Source: a bacterium (lineage in GTDB: Bacteria; SZUA-182; DTGQ01; JAFGSM01). From it: a stretch of 64,000 nt of DNA. Of the stretch, positions 11,083-20,307 are shown piece after piece. Position 1 is the stretch's first letter. Each line of letters opens with the position of its first letter. The stretch spans positions 18,085-82,084 of the forward strand of contig JBLIRO010000008.1 of NCBI GenBank assembly GCA_049472335.1, in the 5' to 3' direction. A program made the translations under genes and the position numbers. The notes beneath the pieces were generated by a model. It was not told the DNA's origin, did not search any database, and was given only the letters and a program-made list of their open reading frames with translations.

Positions 11083-11285
11083 GGGGTAAAAAGAGTCTTA
11101 TTTTAGGAAATAGCTTATTATTAAAAGAAATTTTGGATATAGCATTATAGTGAAAGGAATAAAATATATACATTCACAATACAAAATATACAACAAATAA
11201 GCAATACAAAAAAATATTCACCCTTTCTTGTGATGCTATATTGTCAATGATTTTGGTAAACATAAATTTGAGGGATACAGGTGAG

Positions 11286-13205
11286 TTATTTCTTATAAAT
11301 CAGAGAGTTTTTAATCTTTTTTATTCTTTTGAACATAATATGGGCGCTATTATGAAATACAACGATAGTATAGTCATATGGGAAAACTAAATTTTGCCAC
11401 AATTGATTAACGATCTTTTTGTTCTTAATATGATAATCCAATTCAAAAAACCGCTTTTTTCTTAATATTGCCAGAATATATATAGGCTCTTCCGTATCCT
11501 CAATGATCTGATTTTGAACCAGATAAGCCTTGTCTATTCCCTTCACCCCGCTGATTTGTTTAACAATATTTTCAATATCTTCAGAAGAAAGATTGTGATG
11601 TTTTACGGATTTTTTTTTGCCCTGCATTATTCTCTTCCAGAAACGGTTAACACTCTCTCTATGCATTTGATTTAGCTTATCCATATATTTATGGAAATCA
11701 TTTTCTCTCCCTTGTTTAGCATAAAAAGAAAAAATGCTTGAAACAATATCCTGGAAATATTGAGGATTCCTTTTAATTACATTTTCAAGATAGTCGATGC
11801 CACTTTTGTCGCCTTTATTCAGAAGGATTTTTCCCATTGTTAAATTTGCGCGTATATGATTTGGATTGTTTATAAGAAAATTATTTAAAAGCGGTTCTCC
11901 TTCCTGATTGCCCTTTATAAATAGCGTAAGGGTAGCCAGTTCCCAATCCTCTTTATGATTGAGGTTTTGATACTTTTGTTTTTCCTCAAGTCTTTTTAAG
12001 GAGTCCAGCGTCTCTTGATATTTTCTACAATTGTTTTCCCATATTTTAGAATTTTTTACATACCATGATTTATCAAGCTTTGAAAGCAAGTAAATATATT
12101 TCTCTCCTAATAAAGATACGGCTGTATTCTCATAATTCCTTTCCATATATGTATTTAAAATAAAATCACCTACTTGCTTCCTGGGGAGACCTAAAGCAAG
12201 AAGTCGGTCAGTCAGTGAGGGATGGGAATCGTTTGTTAATGTTTTTAACTTTAGATTTAGATCAATAGCCTTTAAAACGGATTCTGTAGGACAAGCTTTT
12301 GAAATTTGTTGAATTGTTAGACTTATGGCGTTCTGGGGAGCAGGTGTATTCTCTTTTATTTGCTGAAATATTTTGGGCCAGATTTCATGATAAAGTATAT
12401 GTCGGTTAATCGAGATATTGACTAAACTCCGGGCTGCAATTTGAGGACTTGTCGCTTCTCCGGAACATCGATCCGCTTCATATTCATTGGCGCGCCTTAA
12501 TACAAAGGTATAAGCGCTGAAATAAGGGAAAAAACGATAGAGAAACCAACGGAAAAGTAACATGGTTCTATTCTGTGCATTGAAATGCTCTGTTAGCGCA
12601 AACCACGTTGAATGTAAACGATAAATCCAGCCTGAAAATTTTCCGTGATTTTTGGAGAGATGTCCAAACTCATGGGCCAGACAGGCTCTGAACTGATCCA
12701 AAGAAAGAACAGCCATTAATGGCAGTCCAATCCTGAGATAGTTTCTATTAAAACCAATCATTCCGAAACTGGGGAGTTGCTGAATATCGGCGTTTAATTC
12801 ATCGGAGATAAAAATTTCTTCAACTGGCGGGAAGTTAAATTTTTGTTGAAGCTGACTGATAAAATTGTTTAGGGAGGGTACCTCATTAATTGAAATTTGA
12901 ATCCCCTCCGGTTTTTTAATCCTGATAAATAGTGGTTTAAGTATGGTTGATAAAATGATGCATATTGGGAAAAGAAATATAATCAGATAGCAAATCATAA
13001 CCGTATCAGTTGCCTTGATCCATACACTATAAACAATTGATGATAATAAAATAATAAGGATTAAAATAAGCATAATAGAAATAAAAAATATATAAAAAAA
13101 GCCAAAGATTGTTAAAAATAACACGCGAAATTTATAAGATTTTGGCTTCTTTTGTGAGAAAGATTCCAGCCTTCTAACGAGTTTTTCAAATTCCTGGTTA
13201 GTCAT
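11286..13205 (-). CDS. M48 family zinc metalloprotease with N-terminal TM helices and C-terminal TPR-like region
   Basis: 'LAHEFGH' (HExxH), 'NEYEADR', 'SHPSLTDRL'. Confidence 0.88.
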   Translation of the reverse strand: MTNQEFEKLVRRLESFSQKKPKSYKFRVLFLTIFGFFYIFFISIMLILILIILLSSIVYSVWIKATDTVMICYLIIFLFPICIILSTILKPLFIRIKKPEGIQISINEVPSLNNFISQLQQKFNFPPVEEIFISDELNADIQQLPSFGMIGFNRNYLRIGLPLMAVLSLDQFRACLAHEFGHLSKNHGKFSGWIYRLHSTWFALTEHFNAQNRTMLLFRWFLYRFFPYFSAYTFVLRRANEYEADRCSGEATSPQIAARSLVNISINRHILYHEIWPKIFQQIKENTPAPQNAISLTIQQISKACPTESVLKAIDLNLKLKTLTNDSHPSLTDRLLALGLPRKQVGDFILNTYMERNYENTAVSLLGEKYIYLLSKLDKSWYVKNSKIWENNCRKYQETLDSLKRLEEKQKYQNLNHKEDWELATLTLFIKGNQEGEPLLNNFLINNPNHIRANLTMGKILLNKGDKSGIDYLENVIKRNPQYFQDIVSSIFSFYAKQGRENDFHKYMDKLNQMHRESVNRFWKRIMQGKKKSVKHHNLSSEDIENIVKQISGVKGIDKAYLVQNQIIEDTEEPIYILAILRKKRFFELDYHIKNKKIVNQLWQNLVFPYDYTIVVFHNSAHIMFKRIKKIKNSLIYKK

Positions 13206-13361
13206 CTTTTGATATACCTTTATTCTTGTCAGACATATTTATTAAATTATATTTATTACAATGTTCTATGGCAAACTGTTGTAACTGATAAGAAAACATG
13301 TGGTTTTTGAGCAATTAGTAAAAAATACAAATTTAAATTGAAAATTTAAGGAATACATTAT

Positions 13362-13396
13362 TTTGCATTTTGCAATTTGCAATTTGCAATTTGCAA
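13362..13396. repeat. Heptamer tandem repeat (TTTGCAW)x5
   Basis: TTTGCAT followed by TTTGCAA x4. Confidence 0.9.
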
Positions 13397-13594
13397 TTTT
13401 TCTCAAGGTCCTGACGGGATTTTGAGAAGTTACAAATTTTTTAAACCCCATAACAGTTTCTTGAGAATTGAAAAATCCCTAAAAACTTTTTACAATCCTA
13501 ATAAAGGATTGAATCCTAATTAAGGTTTTGATAAAGCATGATAAATATATTAGGATAAAGAATTTCATAAACCTTTTCCGAAGGGAGGAAATAT

Positions 13595-13705
13595 ATGTCA
13601 ATGTGGGCTTGGATTGGAATCGGAGTAGCGGGTTTGGTTTTTATTGTTGCCATGGCAATCGGATTTCCTCTTGCTTATAGATATTGGCACGGACGACGCA
13701 GATGA
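13595..13705 (+). CDS. 36-aa single-pass membrane protein (absent from ORF track)
   Basis: GGGAGG RBS; MSMWAWIGIGVAGLVFIVAMAIGFPLAYRYWHGRRR*. Confidence 0.65.
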   Translation: MSMWAWIGIGVAGLVFIVAMAIGFPLAYRYWHGRRR

Positions 13706-14049
13706 TCGAACCTGCACATAAATCTTAAGTCATAAATTTAAATTCTGATTATTTTCACTACTCCTGTAATTTCCCATCACCAACGAATCATCCCCATTTT
13801 CAACTTGTAATAAGTTTTTGTTAAATATTTGTTTTGACAAAAGTGGAGATTCTGGGTATATTTTTATTCAGATAAAGCAAATTTATAGTATATTTAGAAA
13901 TCGGAAAAATGGTTGAGATATCATGTTGATAGATGTTATATAGATATATATAAGAGTTCATAAGAGTTCTGTCCCATACTTAGTAACATCTTTTGTCGTC
14001 TTCAATCAATGTTCTTTATATGTCTGAAAAACTTATAAGGAGACCCGCC

Positions 14050-17000
14050 ATGGAGAATGAGTCCTTTTCTAGGATTGCCCTTTCTTATGTAATTACTCTT
14101 TCATTAATACTAGCCGTTGGTTTATTGTACTTACCTTCCCTGGCAAAGGCTAAAACTGATTTTGACCATGTGTATATGCTTCCGGGCGAGCCTGATAATT
14201 ATGAAGAGGTCGGGCAGATCCTGGCGCACGGGGATTTCTTTGGTAACGGGTACCAGGACCTTGTCATCAGTGTGCCCCATGCCAACACAACCCTTCCCGG
14301 GGGTGGCGAGGTATATGTTATTTACGGATATATGGGGCCCCAGGGTCTGGTAAATATGAAAACAATTAATCACATTACCGGGGCTCTCTATGGCAGGGTT
14401 GAGACCTTTACTGTGTCCGGAGGACAGACAACTCTCCACAAGGGGGCCCATTTCGGGGTGGCTGTTGCCGTGGGAGACTTTGATAATAACGGCTATGATG
14501 ATCTGGCCATAGGTATTGCCGGGGCCGTGGAAAGTCAGAAGGGGCAGGTGGCGGTTATCTATTCCGATCTGGGAGCCCCTTTGAATACGAGCGATGAGTC
14601 CAGGGTCTGGGTCTTTGATGAATCGGATATAGGCGGGGACGCGGAGATCGGGGATCAGTTTGGATCATCCCTGGCTGTCGGTGATTTTAATGGTGACGGC
14701 TATGATGATCTGGCCATCGGCATCCCTGATGAAGATGTCGGCGATACCGTGGACGCCGGGGCCGTATGGGTAATCTACGGAACTTCCGGCGGATTAACGG
14801 CGGAGGACGCAACCCACTTATTCCAGGGATATAATTCGATTCCAGATACGAGTGAGGCTGAGGACCAATTTGGCTGGTCATTAACAGCCGGAGATTTCGA
14901 TGGCGATGATTTTGATGATCTTGCTGTATCTGCGCCATATGAGGATCATAGCAGCAAAACCGATCCAGGATCTGTCTGGATATTCTTTGGAACCACGAAG
15001 GGTTTTATAATGTTCAGCACGCATGCCTTTATGCTGGATCAGGATGACCTCAATGGCGATGATGACGGAGCCTCGAATAATGAAAAATTTGGCTGGGCCA
15101 TGGCTACAGGAGATATCAACGGGGATGGATATGATGAACTGGTCGTCGGTGTCCCCTATGAGGATACGGGAGGTAAGAACAGCGTCGGTGAGGTTGATAT
15201 CTTTTATGGAGGCAGTGAGGGAATTGATTCAATGACCGGTTTCAATCAGGTTATTGATCAGGATACCGGTTCAATGGGCGGGGCTGTGGAGGAAGAGGAC
15301 TGGTTTGGCTATTCCGTTGATGTGGGCAAGGTGAACGATGATAACTATGCGGACGTGGCCATTGGTGTTCCATACGAGACCTACAACGGGGTATTCAGGG
15401 CAGGGATAGCCCATCTTCTTTTTGGTACAGCTCTTGGATTGAATACCAATTCCAATACGCATCGGGAGGAGCAGGCCCCGGTGGGAAACGCTGAAGAGGA
15501 GGACAGGTGGGGTAGGGCGGTTCTTCTGGCAGATACCAATGGCGACGGGTATGATGACCTGTTCATCGGGGTGCCGGGAGAGGATTACGGTTCTTCTGTC
15601 TTTGATATGGGATCTGTGCACCGCCTTCCTGCAGACAGCTCTGATGATGGTGTTAATCATAAATGCACCACCGTGATTCGCAAGGTCCTTGATTATAAGA
15701 TGGACTATACCAGCTTTGAGGAGATGGAGGACCTCCTGAATGACCTTGAGATTGATTCCCATGGTAGAAATGAGGATATATTCCGCTTGGATGTGATCGG
15801 ACAGTCTCATGAAGGCCGTCCCATTTACGGGATCAAGATCTCCGACCACCCTTACATCGATGATGAATATGAACCGGATATACTTATAGAGACAGGGATG
15901 CATGCCCGGGAATGGCTGCCGACTGAGGCCTCGATAACCCTTATCCAGAAGCTTTATGACAGCTATTATAATCAGGATGCCTGCGATCATGCCGAGGTAT
16001 ACGAGCTTGTCCAGGAACATGAGATTTGGATAATACCTATGTGTAATCCTGACGGGAGGATCAAGGACCAGGACGGTGACAGCTCCGGAGATCCCGAAGT
16101 ATACTACAACTGGCGGCCAAATTATCAGCCATATGTCTGTGACAGCAATGATTATATAGGGATAGACCTTAACAGGTCTTTTTCCCATGAATTTAATTAC
16201 AGCGCCGCAGGTAATTGTAATTCGGGCTCCTATAACGGTGGTGAGCCCTTTTATGCCACAGAGAGCAAGGTCTTGAAGAATTTTGTAAACAATCATATGT
16301 TCGCCCTGGCCTTTTCAACCCATACATCCGCCCAGTGGATAGCCTCTCCTTCAGAGGACTGGGGAATGGGATTTCATATTGCCGAAGAGGCCACGGATAT
16401 TTATTCGGTAACCCTGCCGGATGCCAATATGAGGCTTTATCTTGTAGATCCCTCTAAACCTGATCAGGATGGGGACAAGGTTGATAAAGACGGCGGGGTC
16501 GGTCAGTTTTATGGCTGGTTGTGGCAGGAATCCGATTCGGGGACGGATGATACCTCAAGAAGGACAATCCAGACCATCTTCTGCGAGCTTCCCTTTATGT
16601 TAAGATATGATGATATGGGGACCTGGGTTGATGAGGTGAACAGGGCCACCTATGGATGCGAGTCGGACGATGAAGTCGGGCAATATGACTGTGAAGATAA
16701 CTCCAACAGCTTTCACCCCTCTTCCGGAAAGCTGGTTGATTGGGTAATTCATAGATATGTTGCCATGGCCAGGTATCTTATAAGACAATCCGAATGGCCG
16801 TTCGGGCCGCGGAATCATTTGGACCAAAGCCGCTCCGCTGTGAGCCCGAATACTGATCTGGCCTTGATAGGGGCCAAGATATCCGACACCGGTTCCGGCC
16901 TTGAAGGCTGTTTTATAACCCCTGACAATAAAAAGGGGCGGGACTTTCTCTATCCAGGTATACGAAGGATTACATGGAATATTCAGAATAACGGGACATT

Positions 17001-19269
17001 GTTGCGGGATATAACTGGGACAATCAATATCTCAAATGTAACAAACGGCTCTTTCCAAATCAGCAATCAGACTCTTCAGAATGTGGGCCCCGACGAGGTT
17101 GCAGCCTTTGTCTATGATTATGATTTTGAGAACGGGAAGGAGTATATAGTAGAGGTCTCCACAAATGAAAGTAATTCCCTCAAGAATGATATCCGAAGGT
17201 TTGTGTTTACAACCTATGGAACGGTTACCCCTGGGTATAAGCTCCATATTGATCCGGTCATTGATATAGATCCGCCGGAGCAGGAAAAAGAGATCCCGAT
17301 AAATCTGGATATAGTTCATGATCTTTCAAGCCTTGCCTTTGATGTCATTTTTGATCCGACAAAGGTTGAGGCTGTCTCTATTAAAAGCGACCCGGAAAGG
17401 ATCACAGGCTCGGTTGTTTCCAATGCTATTAGTAATACCTATGGGAAAATAAGCATTATTATAGAGAGCAAGGATGGAGGATCAGCCTTAACCGCGGGGG
17501 AGGGAAAGATCCTTGATCTGGTCCTGAATGTAAAACCCGAGACAGCCGAAGATATGCCCCTACAGATAAAAAATATAAGGCAGGTGCACAGCACTGCCGG
17601 TGAATCCTTTTACATTTCTTCTCAGGACGGACTTCTTCATCTGCCGTGCGATCCTTCCCCTGAGGTATGCAATGGCTTGGATGATGACTGTGACGGAATG
17701 ATTGATGAGGAGGGCGCCCAGGGGTGTATTGTCTATTATCCGGATGAAGACGGAGACGGCTATGGGATCGACGGGCATACACGCTGTCTTTGCGGGCCGG
17801 ATACAGAGGCCAATTACACGGCAAAACAGGGAGGCGATCCTGATGATTCTGATCCTGACATTGTACCTGAGTCATGCCTTTTTTCCCTCAAGCTTCAGGC
17901 TTTGGGTATCGATCTTGGTCTCGATTTTATCAGATTTGGTAATGTAGTTATCGGTGTTGACGAGAACACTGAGATGATCCCTCCTCCACCTCCCTTTAAT
18001 CCGACAGTCATTATCAATCTTGCGGATATGGCATCCACTCCATATGAATATTATCATTCAATGATTTATCAGAAAAAGGCAGGGATGATGATCTGGACAT
18101 TCAATGTGGTTATACCTGAAGATATTTATGATGCTCATGGAGGGGCAAGCTATCCTTTTATCTATTGGGATGCGAATAAAATAGAAATGCCCTGCGCCCT
18201 TCAATTGAGGCGGGGTAAGGATGGTGCCGTAATGGAAAGGCCCCTGCTTATCCCTGATATGACAGTAACTCAAGAATATCAAACGACAGCAGAGGATGGG
18301 ACAAACAGTTTATGGTATACCATTGTCTATCTTCCTCCTCGTTGGTTTTTCCGTGACGAGGATGAAGATGGATACGGAGATCCAATGATGGGCTTGTTCT
18401 CAACCGTCCCGTCAGAGGGGTATGTAGGAAACACAGGAGATTGTGATGATACAAATCCTCAGATCAATCCGGAGACCGTATGGTACGCGGACGAGGATAG
18501 CGATGGATACGGGAACAGCCAGGTCCGGGTGACGAGATGTCAGTCTCCGGATGGTTATATAATGAACGCGGGTGATTGTGACGACAGGGATAAAGATGTT
18601 AATCCGGGCGCGGTTGAGGTCTGTGACGGCCGGGATAATGACTGTAATGGGGAGATTGATGACGGATTACCCCTGATGACCTATTATAGAGACGCTGATA
18701 ATGACGGCTATGGAGATCCGAATGCTATGATAGAGAATTGTGCTGCCCCTCTGGGGTATGTTGAAGACGGGACCGACTTTAATGATAATGATAAGAATGA
18801 CATTCCAAGGATTATCGAGATGGATCTCCCATCGGGCTGGAGCATGATCTCTCTCCCCGTTGTCCCGTTAAATCCCACGGTTTCGATATTGTTCCCGGGC
18901 GCCAGGGTGATCTATGGTTATGATAAAGAAACAGGCTATGTACGGGTGACAGATAACGAAACAATGGATGCGGGTAAGGGGTACTGGATATTATTGGAAG
19001 AGGCCAAAAAATTTATCCTTACAGGTCAATCGTTCAGTGAATATTCCTTTGAAGTCAATGAAGCTGAATGGCAGATGATAGGAGGATGCACATATGATGC
19101 CTTGGCCTCTATTGAAAGTGGTGTCGGAAAAATAGTGGTTATTTACGGCTATGTCCTGGGAACAGGATATAAAAGGGTCCTGGAAGGAGAAAGTCTCAAG
19201 ACCGGCAAGGGATATTGGATATCTGTCAGCGGTCCGGCATGGGTATTAATTGAAAGTATAAATAAATGA
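14050..19269 (+). CDS. Secreted FG-GAP repeat + M14 zinc carboxypeptidase + cohesin-like + MopE-type repeat protein with C-terminal GWxMI/GYW domain
   Basis: AAGGAG RBS before ATG 14050; repeated 'GDFNGDGYDDLAIG'; M14 'GMHAREW','NPDG','IDLNRSF'; cohesin-like 'IPINLD..LAFDVIFDP..G.GKILDL'; 'EVCNGLDDDCDG','DGDGYG' repeats. Confidence 0.88.
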   Translation: MENESFSRIALSYVITLSLILAVGLLYLPSLAKAKTDFDHVYMLPGEPDNYEEVGQILAHGDFFGNGYQDLVISVPHANTTLPGGGEVYVIYGYMGPQGLVNMKTINHITGALYGRVETFTVSGGQTTLHKGAHFGVAVAVGDFDNNGYDDLAIGIAGAVESQKGQVAVIYSDLGAPLNTSDESRVWVFDESDIGGDAEIGDQFGSSLAVGDFNGDGYDDLAIGIPDEDVGDTVDAGAVWVIYGTSGGLTAEDATHLFQGYNSIPDTSEAEDQFGWSLTAGDFDGDDFDDLAVSAPYEDHSSKTDPGSVWIFFGTTKGFIMFSTHAFMLDQDDLNGDDDGASNNEKFGWAMATGDINGDGYDELVVGVPYEDTGGKNSVGEVDIFYGGSEGIDSMTGFNQVIDQDTGSMGGAVEEEDWFGYSVDVGKVNDDNYADVAIGVPYETYNGVFRAGIAHLLFGTALGLNTNSNTHREEQAPVGNAEEEDRWGRAVLLADTNGDGYDDLFIGVPGEDYGSSVFDMGSVHRLPADSSDDGVNHKCTTVIRKVLDYKMDYTSFEEMEDLLNDLEIDSHGRNEDIFRLDVIGQSHEGRPIYGIKISDHPYIDDEYEPDILIETGMHAREWLPTEASITLIQKLYDSYYNQDACDHAEVYELVQEHEIWIIPMCNPDGRIKDQDGDSSGDPEVYYNWRPNYQPYVCDSNDYIGIDLNRSFSHEFNYSAAGNCNSGSYNGGEPFYATESKVLKNFVNNHMFALAFSTHTSAQWIASPSEDWGMGFHIAEEATDIYSVTLPDANMRLYLVDPSKPDQDGDKVDKDGGVGQFYGWLWQESDSGTDDTSRRTIQTIFCELPFMLRYDDMGTWVDEVNRATYGCESDDEVGQYDCEDNSNSFHPSSGKLVDWVIHRYVAMARYLIRQSEWPFGPRNHLDQSRSAVSPNTDLALIGAKISDTGSGLEGCFITPDNKKGRDFLYPGIRRITWNIQNNGTLLRDITGTINISNVTNGSFQISNQTLQNVGPDEVAAFVYDYDFENGKEYIVEVSTNESNSLKNDIRRFVFTTYGTVTPGYKLHIDPVIDIDPPEQEKEIPINLDIVHDLSSLAFDVIFDPTKVEAVSIKSDPERITGSVVSNAISNTYGKISIIIESKDGGSALTAGEGKILDLVLNVKPETAEDMPLQIKNIRQVHSTAGESFYISSQDGLLHLPCDPSPEVCNGLDDDCDGMIDEEGAQGCIVYYPDEDGDGYGIDGHTRCLCGPDTEANYTAKQGGDPDDSDPDIVPESCLFSLKLQALGIDLGLDFIRFGNVVIGVDENTEMIPPPPPFNPTVIINLADMASTPYEYYHSMIYQKKAGMMIWTFNVVIPEDIYDAHGGASYPFIYWDANKIEMPCALQLRRGKDGAVMERPLLIPDMTVTQEYQTTAEDGTNSLWYTIVYLPPRWFFRDEDEDGYGDPMMGLFSTVPSEGYVGNTGDCDDTNPQINPETVWYADEDSDGYGNSQVRVTRCQSPDGYIMNAGDCDDRDKDVNPGAVEVCDGRDNDCNGEIDDGLPLMTYYRDADNDGYGDPNAMIENCAAPLGYVEDGTDFNDNDKNDIPRIIEMDLPSGWSMISLPVVPLNPTVSILFPGARVIYGYDKETGYVRVTDNETMDAGKGYWILLEEAKKFILTGQSFSEYSFEVNEAEWQMIGGCTYDALASIESGVGKIVVIYGYVLGTGYKRVLEGESLKTGKGYWISVSGPAWVLIESINK

Positions 19270-19395
19270 TTAAACCTGTATTTCTCAATAGAGAGTGAAA
19301 AATGATACGGTTTTCCCACTCTGACAAATCATTCTCATTTTTTAGGTTTATAATAAACTATAAACAATTTTATTTATGGAGGGTATAAATAAATC

Positions 19396-20298
19396 ATGGC
19401 AACCAAAAATCTGATAGCACAGCTTTATATACGGGTGAGGGGGTATGAGCAGCCTGATACCCGCTCGCAGATTGAAGGCTCATTAGATCCAGGAAAATAT
19501 ATCGTTAAGGAATACCGGCCAAATTTTCCAAACAAGGATACCGATTATGTATTGGTCTTAGCCCCGGCCTTAGGCGCGGGAGACACCTGGATATGTTCAC
19601 GATGGAAGGATCATCACTATGCGCAGGTCATTGAATCAGCGCCGATGCACACCGAGCGTATGGATTTCAATAACGATGGATTCGCTGTGCCTGAAGAGGC
19701 ACTCGTAACCCTGCTGCCTCAGTTTGAAGATTTTACCTATGATCTGGATGAGGCCCGCTATCCCTATCAGCTCCCAGGAGTCCGTTTGCCTCAAGCCCCT
19801 CCTAAATACAATAATTGTTGTACGTTTGTGGAGGCATTGCTCGTAAGGGCATGGGCAAATGTGCACCCAGGTTTCCAATGGAGCCCTGCCAGACATGCTC
19901 AAATGATGATTTTTTCCAGTGATGACTATTATTCACCCGTCACCGCGGTGGTAGAGTCAGAGATGGGCGTAAGCGTAGCGAACCCTGATGCCCAGCCTCA
20001 TCCATGGACGGTGATTCAAGGCTGGCGCAGGCAGTGGCGTGACGGTCACACATTTATTATAGTCGATCACCATGAGCCAACAGATCGTGTTTTAACACTG
20101 GAGTCAAATAGCGCCTATAAGCTCAATGGCGTCGGGTTTCGCAACATAGGTAATCTCAGGGATATCAACGGAAGGCCACCCGATAACTGGTGGGAGCAAG
20201 ACGATCTGTGGACATGGCAAAGAATTATTGCTACATATCAGTACTACCGGCAGGCCTGGCTGAAAGTAAAAAACCGCAATTGGAGCGGCCTGGCGTAA
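19396..20298 (+). CDS. Hypothetical protein, possible papain-fold Cys-His hydrolase
   Basis: GGAGG RBS; 'NNCCTFVEALL' and downstream 'GHTFIIV'. Confidence 0.6.
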   Translation: MATKNLIAQLYIRVRGYEQPDTRSQIEGSLDPGKYIVKEYRPNFPNKDTDYVLVLAPALGAGDTWICSRWKDHHYAQVIESAPMHTERMDFNNDGFAVPEEALVTLLPQFEDFTYDLDEARYPYQLPGVRLPQAPPKYNNCCTFVEALLVRAWANVHPGFQWSPARHAQMMIFSSDDYYSPVTAVVESEMGVSVANPDAQPHPWTVIQGWRRQWRDGHTFIIVDHHEPTDRVLTLESNSAYKLNGVGFRNIGNLRDINGRPPDNWWEQDDLWTWQRIIATYQYYRQAWLKVKNRNWSGLA

Positions 20299-20307
20299 GG
20301 AAATTCA

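Noticed and set aside
15271..16296. 341-aa minus-strand ORF
   Set aside because: Antisense to the well-supported FG-GAP/M14 gene.
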